Positions 11,558-24,050 of a DNA stretch of 64,000 nucleotides are shown here, piece by piece. The position numbers and the translations under genes are program-made. The stretch spans positions 16,410,061-16,474,060 of the forward strand of contig JASCQW010000160.1 of assembly GCA_030264375.1 (NCBI GenBank), in the 5' to 3' direction. The notes beneath the pieces are model-generated. The model was not told where the DNA came from. It searched no databases and saw nothing but the letters and a program-made list of their open reading frames with translations. Every line of letters begins with the position of its first letter. Positions within the stretch are counted from its first letter, which is position 1. Source of the stretch: Carcharhinus longimanus. Taxonomy: Eukaryota.

Positions 11558-13149
11558 CTGTAGGATGAATTTTTAAAAAAATAGATGAAATTCCATAGTC
11601 TTTCTGAGCATCTCAATTTTCAGCATCATATTCACATAAGGGGGTCTGAATGCAGCCTGGCTGAGGGCCAGGTCTTCAGGATGAAGCAGATGCCCAGATT
11701 CCATTTCTGCCAACATGATGTACATTTTTAACAAAGGCAGTGTATATTAAAGGGAAGCATCAGTGCTGATGGCACCCTAACTGAATCAGGGATAAAACTG
11801 AAGCAACAGTTTTCATGAAGAACCATTTGCTAAACACTTTAGGGATGATTTGCAAGGCAAACATCTGAATATAATGTAACAAACATAAAGTTCATTCAGG
11901 TAGTATTCTTTAAAGATCAGTTCCACTACTTGGTAGTAGTTTCTTCACAGATTCTTCTACAGCCTCGACATTTGAATGGAAACTCGGGAAAAATTCTGAT
12001 TAGGGAGACGCAACAATGTTAAAATTTAATAACAGCTAAATATGCAATAACTTTCCTCATGCTAATAGCTTAGTACAAATCATTTTACAGGCTTTGCAAG
12101 GGTTAATCCTTCATCACATCAGACTGAGATGAAATTTTGAACTGACAATCTCTGGCAAGCAGGAAATGGGCAGATTCAGAATCACAAATCTCTCATCAGC
12201 TTCAGCAGTTATTTTTGTAAAGGCCAGATTGACACAGATGTAAAGAGTTTCAGGATTCATGGCTGCTTACCCTCCACACTGAGATGTGTGCAGCCACGTG
12301 TTTAAGATGCAGAACGTGATCACGTAAGTTTTCACTCCAGTAAAGTCTGCAGATATGAAAATCAGTTCCCTTAAATTTGGTGGATTTTGTATTTAGAACA
12401 AAGATGATGTTGGTGCTAGCAAGTGGAACACTTAATCATTTCAGTCACCTAAGTTGACTTTCCCAATTGGCCTGCTGTGCCAAGAGTGGAAAGCTAGTAG
12501 AAGCTATGCTCTACTGCATCACCATCTTCCTGCCATTTGCTGCTGACCTAGTCTGATAAAATGTAGGTTGTAGTGTTACAAGCAAGCACATGTAGGCCAT
12601 GCACAATCTGCTCAGACCTGCTAAAGTTCTATCCAATAATATATTTCAGTGCTAATGTCAGAGAAGCACCTCATTGCATCAAGTGTGTCATTTTTAATTT
12701 GCTAGCCTCCTGGGGCCCCTCTGAGAGCGGATGACAATTTAGTGGTAATTCATGCCAATTTGGGTGCAGTTTATGAGTCACTGAGTAGTGAATGAAGGCT
12801 CCCCAAGTTAATTTTATATACAATGTTTCAAACCAATAGCCAGTAGAGACTTTCACCTCAGTATGGACTTGCTCCCAGANNNNNNNNNNNNNNNNNNNNN
12901 NNNNNNNNNNNNNNNNNNNNNNNNNNNNNNNNNNNNNNNNNNNNNNNNNNNNNNNNNNNNNNNNNNNNNNNNNNNNNNNNNNNNNNNNNNNNNNNNNNNN
13001 NNNNNNNNNNNNNNNNNNNNNNNNNNNNNNNNNNNNNNNNNNNNNNNNNNNNNNNNNNNNNNNNNNNNNNNNNNNNNNNNNNNNNNNNNCCGATCTCGGA
13101 GCTTCAGTGGTCCCAATGCTTGCATTAGTAAATAAGAAATAACAGTCAC

Positions 13150-13270
13150 CTGATCTAGAAGTACTACTGATGATTTTAAAATCTCTCTCCATTTCTGTAG
13201 TTCAGTATCATGGTAACGCTGTTGTGACTCTAATAACTGGGCCCACTCCACCTGTGACTGGGGAAGTTTG
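13150..13270 (-). CDS. GRAMD1B: GRAMD1B exon, luminal amphipathic helix: KLPQSQVEWAQLLESQQRYHDTELQKWREILKSSVVLLDQ
   Basis: acag|C...CAG|gtgact; 121 nt, phase 2-0; in ORF 12853..13350. Confidence 0.96.
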
Positions 13271-14040
13271 CTGTATGGAAGAAAAGAAGCAAGTAAAAGG
13301 CTTTGGCTGTGCCAGTACTTCCAGCCTAACCAGCTTACATACAGGATCACAGAATTTCTAACGCAAATTACACTATGTGCAAGTCAGATTTCTGTGACTA
13401 TTTGTGCTGGTTTAAGAAACTAGCCATTCCGACAGAAACTGATAGCCGAAAATTTCCCCAGGGAAATCATAGCGAGTGAGGCAGAAAGTTTGGTGGACCA
13501 TTTAAAGGTTCATTGAACTCGGGTGGGAATTTCTGGTCTTGGGGTGCGTGCAGCTGGAAAATTCCATCCTATGTCTCTGATCAACTTAATCACTATAACA
13601 AGTTTTCATTAATTTCACTCATTTGTAACCCCTCAAGCTGACTTTTAAAATTAAACTTTTTTACGAGAACTTTAAAGATTTTTTAAAAAATTATAAAGTA
13701 TTTAATTTACCTCAAAACTAAGAACACATCATTCAGATGGTAAATCACACTGCATTGTTTCCACTAAGTCATTTTTAGTTATTTAAAATTAGGTTATAAG
13801 TGGTAAACCAGACAATTCCAATTAAAAATGTTCAGTTTTGTGATGAACACATATTCAGCTGTACTAGTTCTACAGTGACATTTTAGACTTTGACATCACA
13901 TTACGGTTGGTGAAAACGTAAATATGGTCCTTGCCAACACTACATCAAAAAAAAGCAGTAGAGTTCAGCAACTACTGAAGTCATTATTTTACACAGTCTC
14001 ATATAAGTGGGCTCTGTCAGGAGAAAAATGTAGACAATAC

Positions 14041-14148
14041 CTCTCCTGGAGCCTGATCCCATGCCACGTAGTGAGACTCTGTGTTGTATATTCCAACATC
14101 CATAGCTTATAAAATAACATCATATTCAGAAATACTAGTAACACCAAG
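14041..14148 (-). CDS. GRAMD1B: GRAMD1B exon, TM helix C-terminal half: LVLLVFLNMMLFYKLWMLEYTTQSLTTWHGIRLQE(S)
   Basis: acag|C...GAGAG|gtattg; 108 nt, phase 2-2. Confidence 0.95.
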
Positions 14149-14169
14149 CTGTGGAGAGAACAACAGTTA

Positions 14170-14680
14170 ACATAAGAACTAGGAGTAGGAGTTGGTCATA
14201 TCGCTCTTTGAGCCTGCTTCATCGTTCAATACAATTGCGGTTGATATTCTGCCTCAATTCTACATTTCACTACTATCCTCCCCATATTCCTTAATTAGTT
14301 TAGCATCCAAATATCTATTAATCTCTGTCTTGAATATACTCAAATTACTGAACATCCACAACTCTCTGGGATAGAGAATTCCAAAAATCCGTAAGCATTT
14401 GAGTGAAGAACTTTCTTCTCATCTCAGGCCTAAAAGGCTGACCTCTTATTCTGAGACTATGACACCCAATTCTGGCCTGCCTAGGTGGCTCAGTCTAGAG
14501 AAGATTTGTTCCACTCCTTGTAAGACAAGTACATTCTTTTTTTAAGTAAGGACACCAAAACTGTATACACTAGTCCAGTTCTGCTCTCACTAAGGTTCTA
14601 TTTGATCCCAATAAGACTTCTTCATTCTTACATTCCCTTTGTAATAATCACTAATGTAACATTTTCTTTCTTAATTGACC
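14170..14680 (-). mobile_element. CR1-type LINE 3' fragment
   Basis: acataagaactaggagtaggagttggtcat tail; gagtgaagaactttcttctcatctc. Confidence 0.75.
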
Positions 14681-15429
14681 TGCAATGTCATCCTAAAAAA
14701 TGAGATTAGGAAGGTGTGTATAGACTATGGAAAAAAGATAGATAAAGAACAATGAATGCTCAGCATTACCCCTGTGTATTTACTGGCTCTGGTCTAAGGG
14801 CAGGCAAAAACATTAAAGGTATCTTTGAAAATGATTCCTTTAAGCGGTTTAATTTTGTCCTTGTGCAATTTCATAGAAGTGTCCACTCTCACTTAGATTA
14901 TTTCAATGTTACAATGAATTAAACTTTAAACCCTGAATATTGCATAAAGAATTTTATTTGTCCTTCACCAATTCTCTCCTTTCTTCAAGGTGTTCCCCAG
15001 AGTGATAACTTCATGGATATCCATCATCCCTGGCACACTGTTCAAAAGCTCATTTACATAGGATTACATTACAGTGAACATACTGCACAGAACAGGCCAT
15101 TCAGTCCACTCAGTCTACGCTGTCATTCATAGTCCACTCTAGATTCTACCCACTTTTTTTCATCTAAATCTACAATTATAACACTTCATCCTCTTATATT
15201 TGTCTAGTTCTCTTTAAATGCATTTCTACTGCCACAGGTTTATACAATAAACACTGTAAAGAGCTAGAATCAGTCATCAGTACTACAAATCTATCATTCT
15301 TAGCTGTTTTAATTTTTTAAAAAGGCAAAATGTAAAAGTTAGCATTTTATTACAACAAAATCTGAATAATAACTGCTGCAGTTTGAGTTTCCCAGTGAGA
15401 TACAGGTTTTCAGAGCAAACTGTCTATTA

Positions 15430-15526
15430 CTTTAAAATCCCATTTAACCTTATTTAAACTGGATATCATCTTTTCTTTAAAATCCCATTTAACCTTATTT
15501 AAACTGGATATCATCTTTTCTTTAAA
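15430..15526. repeat. Perfect 45-bp tandem duplication
   Basis: ctttaaaatcccatttaaccttatttaaactggatatcatctttt x2 plus 7 nt. Confidence 0.95.
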
Positions 15527-15651
15527 CTGATGTTAATTCTAACGAGTTTTAATATGCGTTTAACAAACCACTTCGCCTTTTTTTCCTTCTGGAGTGCAAA
15601 TATTATATAGAAAAGGGAACTGAAGAGAATGCAAAAGAACTACAGTTGTAC

Positions 15652-15663
15652 CTTAAACAGATC
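15652..15663 (-). CDS. GRAMD1B: GRAMD1B 12-nt microexon adding ICLS to the TM helix
   Basis: ccttttctgtttactgctccctttag|GATCTGTTTAAG|gtacaa; phase 2-2, frame-preserving; corresponds to ICFS in recalled human sequence VISCV-ICFS-LVLLV. Confidence 0.85.
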
Positions 15664-16889
15664 CTAAAGGGAGCAGTAAACAGAAAAGGAAAATAGTGAT
15701 CAGAAAGGAAAACTTCAGATGTTGAGTACAATGAGGTTTGAAGTAATTACTGAAGCTTGCTGTCTCAAATGAAAAGGTTCATCATTTACAAAGAATGCAT
15801 CAATCAGCATAAATAGTGGACCAAATTCGAAAGCAAATCAAATCAAATGAATTGACTTTGTAAAGAAACTTGACTAGAAACAAATTTAAGTACAGTAGTT
15901 TCAGCTACAGATGCTGTGTCCTGGCTTATAAATGACCCAGAAATTGCCTTACAGCAGCTTTTAAACATCCTTAGACAGTACAATATACAAGAGAATCTTA
16001 ACCCATTTCAGGTTTGGAGTAGATTGAACCCTTTGAGAAAAATACCAACAATTCCTAATCAAGGACATTCTCTGAAAGAATGTTGCGCAAATGATTGAAG
16101 CTAAAGGTAATTTCACAATCTCATATACGCAGTGACACCTTCATCCATTGGGAACATGAATTGGTGGAGAGGCTATTGCTTTCTACACCATTCTTTGACC
16201 TATATTTCATGTGAGGTTAGCTACACAAGGAGCACTAAATTGTGGAATTGACCACTAAATTATCCTTGCACTTTTAAATACTACAATAGGCCATCTGGAG
16301 GAATGAGATTTACAGTTCTGTTTGTTCCTCTTCTTGGTCAGATAGATTGAATGGTATTTTAGAATCATAAATCTATAGTCATTAGAAGTGCCGGCCCTAA
16401 ATTGCTGCCGCAATTTTAATCTGCAGCACAGAGTAATTTATTGGAACTCATGGTGAGCTCAGGTTTTCACAAAGTAAATCATTTAGTGGTGGAAATCACC
16501 CAGCAACCTGTGGCAATTAAAACTCAGTGTGTCTATTCTTCACCGCAAATTGCTGAATCATTCACACATTAATAATGGAGCGTGTATTAATCTTTGCAGT
16601 ATTTATCACTTTCTCTCAACAGAACATTATGGAAATCTTAAATGATTTCTTTGACTCACTACAGTTACATACTATAAGCTCAAGTCTGTTGTTTATATAC
16701 TCATTCAATATTGAGCCACTGCTGTTAATCATGGGCCAGCCAATTCCAAATGAGGAATTTTCTAATCTTAAAGATTAGATAATGTATCCTTGCTATAAAT
16801 CACTAATGCAGAGTTTACATAACCTTTCAGTCAAAATAGAAACCACATAGAAATGCAACCCATACATGTAAAGGACTCTGGGTTGGTCT

Positions 16890-17236
16890 ATCATAGAATC
16901 ATAGAAACTGTACAGTACAAAAAGACACCATTCGACCCATCGAGTCTGCACGGACCACAATTACACCCAGGCCCTACACCCATATCCCTACATATTTACC
17001 ACTAATCCCTCTAACCTACGCATCTCAGGACACTAAGGGTAATTTTTAGCATGGTCAATTAATGGAACCCTCACATCTTTGGACTGCGGGAGGAAACCAG
17101 AGAACCCAGAGGAAACCCACACACAAACGAGGAGAATGTGCAGACTCCACACAGACAATGACCCAAGCTGGGAATCGAACCCAGGTCCCTGGAGCTATGA
17201 AGCAGCAGTGCTAACCACCGTGCTACCGTGCCACCC
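16890..17236 (-). mobile_element. HE1-like shark SINE
   Basis: tcatagaatcataga tail; ggaatcgaacc B-box; gcagcagtgctaaccaccgtgctaccgtgcc head. Confidence 0.85.
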
Positions 17237-17559
17237 ATTCTATAAATCTCTTATTATTCTACCATTCTATTAAGTAGGAAAAAAAAACCTGGAAGCTACC
17301 ATACCTCTTCTAAGTTGGCCTAGCATTTTTGAAGCCAAAATTTATTTTTGTCCAGATGCCTCCAAGAGGGAGTACTAGTTGTAACATCTTTCCAGCACAA
17401 AAAATATTTTAATTCTTTAACTTTTGCACTGAGCACACAATGGATTCATATGCTCCGGAAATCCAATGATTTTGTTTTTACCAGTTACTAAATATACACA
17501 GCAATTTGCTTTTATCTTGCTTCTCTAATCTAATATTTTCTTGCCTCTATTCCTGGTCT

Positions 17560-17951
17560 ATTCATGCATCTATCCAGATGCTTCTTGAATATTATTATAG
17601 AATCTGTTCCCACCACCTCCTTTGGCAGCGCATTTCAGGCATTCACCACCCTGTGTATGAAAAACTTATCCCTTATGTCTCTTTTAAGCTTTCCTCTCAC
17701 ACTTTCAACCTCTACCTTTGAGTAATTGACCCTTCAACCCTGGGAAAAAGACTGACTATCCACTCTATCCAAGCCTGTCATAATCTTGTAAACCTCGATC
17801 AAGTCCCCCCTCATCTTCCAACGTTCCAATGAAAACAATCCCAAGTTTGTTCAACCTTTCTTCATCATTCATACCTCCCAAATCAGGCAATATTCTGGTA
17901 AATCTCTTCTGCATCCTTTCCAATGCATCAACAACCTTCTGGTAGTGTGAC
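17560..17951 (-). mobile_element. CR1-type LINE fragment
   Basis: ORF 17765..17980: VDALERMQKRFTRILPDLGGMNDEERLNKLG, the CR1 RT C-terminal motif. Confidence 0.85.
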
Positions 17952-18423
17952 TTACTCCAGTTTTCATGCAAATTCGACACTTAGAAATTTTGGGGAGAAT
18001 TCTACCCATCACCTTTTGAGGTGGTGATTGAATTTGAGGATCACCACACCTCAGGCGATGGACAAGGTTGAGATGGCTGAGGTACTTCCTTTCCGAAGGT
18101 TACTATGGATTCTGCTTCTGACATTGTTTTCAGGACAGCATTCCATCCAACAACTCATAAAACAAGTCATGTCACTTTTCCATTCCTTAGTTTTTACATC
18201 TTTGATTACCTACTTAATGACTAATGGAAATAATTTAAGTTCATTTACTTGACTAAAACCCTTCAGAATTTTGAACAACGGCCATTTATGAACCAAAACC
18301 CCAAATTATTTTCAAAAAAAGTTTATTTTTAAATTTTATTTATTAATCACAAGTAAGGCTTACATTAACACTGATCCAATGCCCTCTTTGGCAAAAAAGC
18401 TGTGTGCATGCATTCAATAGGTG

Positions 18424-19240
18424 ATGGGTGGAATTCTCCCCAAAATTTCTAAGTGTCAAATTTTCATGAAAACTGGAGTAATTCACACTTTTTTTCAGTG
18501 GGGAGTTCAGAAAATAATCTTCTATACTCTGTGCACTGCAGAGGCCACCAGTGTGAATATCATTAAAAACTAGCAATTGGGATCTATTCCCGCTGGAAAG
18601 GCTGAAGTCAGTACACTAGACAGAATACTATGCATGTACCGATCTGTCAGCGCTGAGATCAGCGCATGTGCAATGTCAACCCCCCTCCCCCACCCCAGCC
18701 CACCCTGATCGCTAGCCTCCCTCCTTCCCCTATCAATCCCAACTGCAGAATGGCAGCGGGACCTCCCACTCCCACTGAACACCCCCTAGGTCCCGCCCTC
18801 ATTAAGCTGGGTCCGCCACAGGCCCTGCCCCCTTGGCACTGCCCCATGATGGGCAGTGCCAAGGTGCCCCCTGGGCATTGGCACTTTATCCCATGGGCCA
18901 GGGTGCCAATACCCAGGAGGGAAGGGGGGTGCAACTGCCCCCCCCTTCACTCTAGCAGGGTCAGGCTGCCAGCTCCCCAAAAGTGGGGAGCTAGACTAAA
19001 CCCCACTGGAATGAAATATTCCGGTGGGGTGGGAGACCCTAGTGGGCCTGGAGACTAATCATACTCAAATGCAATTGAAGTGACTATTTAAATGGTCTGT
19101 GCGTCTCCCCGCTAATTTCCAGCACAGAGCAGATGCTTCCGGAAATCCGGTGCTGGGTGACGCAAACAGGGTGTGAATGCTCATGCAAACCTTGCGAATT
19201 GGCCGCCGCAGGATTCTCCAGGCCCGCTGCGCTAAAAGTT
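18424..19240. mobile_element. GC-rich non-autonomous DNA transposon (MITE-like)
   Basis: Starts gggtggaattctcc, resembling termini of related elements at 33083, 27715, 42918, 45245; no coding capacity. Confidence 0.55.
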
Positions 19241-19493
19241 TTGCATTAGTCTTCAAAGGTACTGTGCATGTAACATTTAGTATGTATTTCTTTGGCAGCA
19301 TATGCGTAGAAACATAAGAGATTCTAATAAAAGTTTAATTTTAAATAAATTGTTTCCATTTAACTATAAATCCCTGGACACAGTCATAAAATTATTTTAG
19401 GAACTTACAAAGATTATCTTTGTACCTTCCCAGATCTCAAACACAATTGGAATGGAATTGTCAGAGACGCCACCTCATAACATTGATACTCAC

Positions 19494-19584
19494 ACAAAGC
19501 TTATGATGAGCAATAACTTGGAAACGCTGTAAAGCTGAATTCCTCCTTGAACTTCTTCTGGGATGTATTTTGTTTGTGTGGAAC
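19494..19584 (-). CDS. GRAMD1B: GRAMD1B exon, start of TM helix: GSTQTKYIPEEVQGGIQLYSVSKLLLIISF(V)
   Basis: acag|GT...TTTGT|gtgagt; 91 nt, phase 1-2; in ORF 19490..19732. Confidence 0.95.
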
Positions 19585-20624
19585 CTGTGGCAGTAGAGAA
19601 TGCAGATATTTTTAAGTGAATAACAATGCTGTTTCCATTAGTTGTGTCAGGCAGTGTTTCAACATTAAAAACAATACGTATCCTGATTAAATTTCCTGAA
19701 ATAATATAAATTGTAAGATAACCTGAGTGCAAAACACAAGGTTTGAATTAAGACAATGGGCTAAGTCACCTTGGAACAATAATGGTGGATTAATGGTGCA
19801 CATTTCTATTAATGAGTATTAGCCAACAAGTTCAGGGAATGAAGAGCTGCACCATGAATGCAAATCTCCAGGGCTTGCAGGTCAATTTATTTTGCTCCAT
19901 TATTTACTTCGGACAAACAGCAACTCACCCTTAGCCTCCCTATTAGTTTTAAGATCTTGCTGAATCTGCACATTAACTAGCTATGGGAAAGTCAGGCCTC
20001 ATAATTAAAAATTAAGCACCCTGTTAATGCCCTGATAATTATTAATGCAATCTAGTTCAGACTCCCTAGCCCAAAATGAGAACAATTTATCATCTGAGGG
20101 ACAATAAATGGTTGCTGCAAGATTTTGAACATTTCAATTTTAAACTTAAACTTATTTTTCTTACCTATTTTTCTCCCTGTCCCTCATTGCAAGCTTTCTT
20201 CCGANNNNNNNNNNNNNNNNNNNNNNNNNNNNNNNNNNNNNNNNNNNNNNNNNNNNNNNNNNNNNNNNNNNNNNNNNNNNNNNNNNNNNNNNNNNNNNNN
20301 NNNNTTACCTATTTTTCTCCCTGTCCCTTATTGCAAGCTTTCTTCCCATCTCTTTATTGTGTTTTTTGCACCTGATTTGACTCTAATTTACATACTATCA
20401 ATTCACCCTTCTTCGGCCTCCAGTGTTTCATTTCCAATCCTTACATAGCATTGAGTAAGGATATACGTGGTTGGTTCCATCATTTGCTGAGATTCCACGT
20501 GCTTCTTTTCTGTCACTAAGAGCAAGTTTCCGCTCAAAAAAAATTTGATAATCAAGTGCAGGAAAATATCTAATTCTATCAAGACATAATCCATTTAGTT
20601 TTTATAAATGAGACATCTACAGAT

Positions 20625-23600
20625 TTTTTTTTCTCTTTTCTATTCATTCATGTGTGGTGGTTGCCACTCTCTAGGACAGCATTTATTACCCATCACTAAT
20701 TGTCCTTGGTGGTGGTGAACTGTCTCTGGAACCACTGCAAAGAGCTGCGTTATAGAAACACCCACAGTGCTGTTAGGATGGGATTCCAGGAGTTTGACCC
20801 AGCAACAGCAAAGGAATGGTGATATTGCTTCAGGTCAGGACTTGAAGTCATATGTGTGACTTGGGAGGGGAACTTGCAAATGGTGGTGTTCCCATCCATC
20901 TGCTGCCCTTCTCCTTCTAGCAGGTAAAAGTTATGGATTTTGAAGGTGCTGTTGAATGAGCCTTGGTGAGTTGCNNNNNNNNNNNNNNNNNNNNNNNNNN
21001 NNNNNNNNNNNNNNNNNNNNNNNNNNNNNNNNNNNNNNNNNNNNNNNNNNNNNNNNNNNNNNNNNNNNNNNNNNNNNNNNNNNNNNNNNNNNNNNNNNNN
21101 NNNNNNNNNNNNNNNNNNNNNNNNNNNNNNNNNNNNNNNNNNNNNNNNNNNNNNNNNNNNNNNNNNNNNNNNNNNNNNNNNNNNNNNNNNNNNNNNNNNN
21201 NNNNNNNNNNNNNNNNNNNNNNNNNNNNNNNNNNNNNNNNNNNNNNNNNNNNNNNNNNNNNNNNNNNNNNNNNNNNNNNNNNNNNNNNNNNNNNNNNNNN
21301 NNNNNNNNNNNNNNNNNNNNNNNNNNNNNNNNNNNNNNNNNNNNNNNNNNNNNNNNNNNNNNNNNNNNNNNNNNNNNNNNNNNNNNNNNNNNNNNNNNNN
21401 NNNNNNNNNNNNNNNNNNNNNNNNNNNNNNNNNNNNNNNNNNNNNNNNNNNNNNNNNNNNNNNNNNNNNNNNNNNNNNNNNNNNNNNNNNNNNNNNNNNN
21501 NNNNNNNNNNNNNNNNNNNNNNNNNNNNNNNNNNNNNNNNNNNNNNNNNNNNNNNNNNNNNNNNNNNNNNNNNNNNNNNNNNNNNNNNNNNNNNNNNNNN
21601 NNNNNNNNNNNNNNNNNNNNNNNNNNNNNNNNNNNNNNNNNNNNNNNNNNNNNNNNNNNNNNNNNNNNNNNNNNNNNNNNNNNNNNNNNNNNNNNNNNNN
21701 NNNNNNNNNNNNNNNNNNNNNNNNNNNNNNNNNNNNNNNNNNNNNNNNNNNNCTGCCTTGATGGCAGGGCCAGTCACTCTTATCTCACTATTTAAGATAG
21801 GCTGTTTGGATGAAGGCTGTAATGAGGTCAGGAACCAGGTGGTCTGACTGAACTCAAACTGAACAGGTTATTGCTGAATAAGTGCTGCATTACGGCACTG
21901 TCGACCACACTTGCCATCACTTTGCAGATGATCGAGAGTAGACAAGTGGGGCTGCATTTGTGTTTGTCCTGCATTTTGTGGGTAGGACATACCTGGACAA
22001 TTTTTTATATTGCTGGGCAGATGCCAGTGGAACAACTTCGATAGGGATGTGTCTAGTTCTGGAGCACAAGTCATCAGTATCATCGCCAGAATGTTGTCAG
22101 GATCCATAGTCTTTACTGTATTGTGTATTCAGCCATTTCTTGATGTCATGTGGAACGAATCTGATATCTGTGATACCGAGGACTTCAAGTGGAGCTAGAA
22201 CATCTATTTGGCATTTCTGGCTCAAGCTGGCTGTAAGTGCTTCGGCCTTGTCTTTTGCACTGTGATGCTGGGCTCCCCCAACATTGAGAATGGGCTATCC
22301 TCCTCTAGTTAGTTCTTTAACTGTCCACATCATTCATAACTAGACGTGGCAGGATTGCAGAGCCTAGGTCTGATCTGTTGGTTCCAGGATAGCCTTGCTT
22401 TGCTTCTGCTCTTTGAAATGCATGTAGTCCTGTTCTGTAGCTTCACCAGATTGACACTTCATTTCATGATAAACCTGGTACTGCTCCATTCCTGCTCCCC
22501 TCCACTCTTCACCAAACTGGTGCTGACCCCTCAGCTTGAAGGTAATGGTAGAGTGGGGGCTTTGCCAGACTATAAAGTTACAGACTGTGGTTATATGCAC
22601 TTCTGCTGCTGCTAGTGCTTCATGGAAGACAAGTTTTGAGTTGCTAGTTCCATACAGCAGAATCAAAGATATCTTTGGTGTGATAATGGGGCTTCACCTT
22701 CACAAGGACTGTCTGGTGGGTCACTCCTAACAATACTGTCACAGACAGATGTATCTGCGATAGAATGATTGGTGAGGATTAGGTCATCTTGTTGGTTCCC
22801 TCATCACCTGCTAAAGAGCCCTTCCAACAGCCATATTCTTTAAAATTCAGCTAGTTCAGTCAGTAGGGGTGCTACCCAGCCACTCTTGGTGATGAACATT
22901 GAGGTTCATTTTGTACCTTTTTCACCCTCAATGCTTCCTCCAAGTAGTGTTCAACATGGAACAGTACCGAATCATTAGCTGAGGGTGGCAGTAGATGGTA
23001 ACCAGCAGGAGATTTCCTTGCTTACGTTTGACCTAATGGCACAAGACTGCATAGCATCTGAAGTTGATGTTAAGGACTCCCATGGCAGTTCCATCTGAGG
23101 TGTCACCTCCTCAGAGATGGTGGTGGTAATATTATAGAGGCTCCAATGTTCTGACCAGGAAACTCTGCCACTCTTACTGCCTGCCATTGGCATTTGTTGG
23201 AAGTATCTGAGAGTTGATACTTAACCGGCTTGGGTAGACTTTACCAATGGATCTTCCTGGTCCTTGGTATCTGAAACATTGTCTGGAACGTATGATTCCA
23301 TGAGTATGCCTACGTCAGAATGCTGTTTGACTAGTCTATGGGACAGCTCTTCCAATTTACTACAAGCCCCAGATATTACTAAGGAGAACTTTGCAGGTTT
23401 ATACCATTGTTGTTTCCAATGCCCAGACTGATTCAGGTCACCTGTCTGGCTTTCTTTCTTTTTTCAGAGTTTGTCGCAGTTTGATGCAACTGAATGTCTT
23501 GCTGGACAATTTCAAAAGGGATTTAAGAGTAAACCATGTTGCTGTGCGTCTAGAGTAACATGTAGGCCAGACTAGGTAAAGACAGTAGACTTCCTTCCCT

Positions 23601-23778
23601 AAAGGAAATTAGTGAACCATTGGTGAGAGTGTTTACGACAATTGGCTACAATTAAGCAGTTTTTAATTCCAGATTTACTAATTGAATTTAAACTCTGCTG
23701 GCTGCTGTAGTGGGATTTGAACCCATGTCTCCAAAACCTGGTCCTCTGGATTACTAATCCAGGGACATTACCATTATA
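20625..23778 (-). mobile_element. Decayed LINE (APE + RT) with tRNA-like 5' head, partly in an N gap
   Basis: RT motif MDPDNILAMILMTCAPELDTSLSKLF; APE N-terminus LSNIWGL..KLEELSHRLVKQHSDVGILMESY near 23390; tail at 20641; B-box GGTTCAAATCC at 23713-23723. Confidence 0.85.
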
Positions 23779-23784
23779 GTAACA

Positions 23785-24050
23785 GAGGAAACAGACACAG
23801 AATTCAACCCTCCGCCACTCAATCAGATCATGGCTGATCTCTTCCTGGTCTCAAATCCATCTCCCCACCTGTTCCCCACATCCCTTATCCTTTTCTTAAT
23901 GTTAGAAATATGTCAATCTCCCTCTTGAAACCATTCAACGATTCAGACTCCACTGCATATGGGGCAGTGAGTTCCACAAATTCACCACCCTCTGCGAGAA
24001 GTAATTCCTTTTCATCTCAGTTTTAAATCTACCGCCTGGCAACCTATACC
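23785..24050 (-). mobile_element. CR1-type LINE 3' fragment
   Basis: aatcagatcatggctgatct; gttccacaaattcaccaccctctgcgagaagtaattcc. Confidence 0.75.

Noticed and set aside
12877-13097. aga / ccgatct at gap edges, and ORFs spanning N runs
   Set aside because: Matches Illumina adapter ends (AGATCGG / CTTCCGATCT); long X-filled ORFs here and at 20917-21847 are gap artefacts
18570-19301. Overlapping Pro/Gly-rich ORFs (up to 130 aa)
   Set aside because: By-product of the GC-rich MITE interior; no recognisable domain or splice context
20161-20346. ~42-bp direct repeat on both sides of an N gap (similar case at 55520-55748)
   Set aside because: Typical unmerged contig overlap around a 100-N placeholder; assembly artefact
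23700-23778. tRNA-like A/B boxes here and in other SINE heads as real tRNA genes
   Set aside because: Degenerate cloverleaf, and continuous with retroelement bodies
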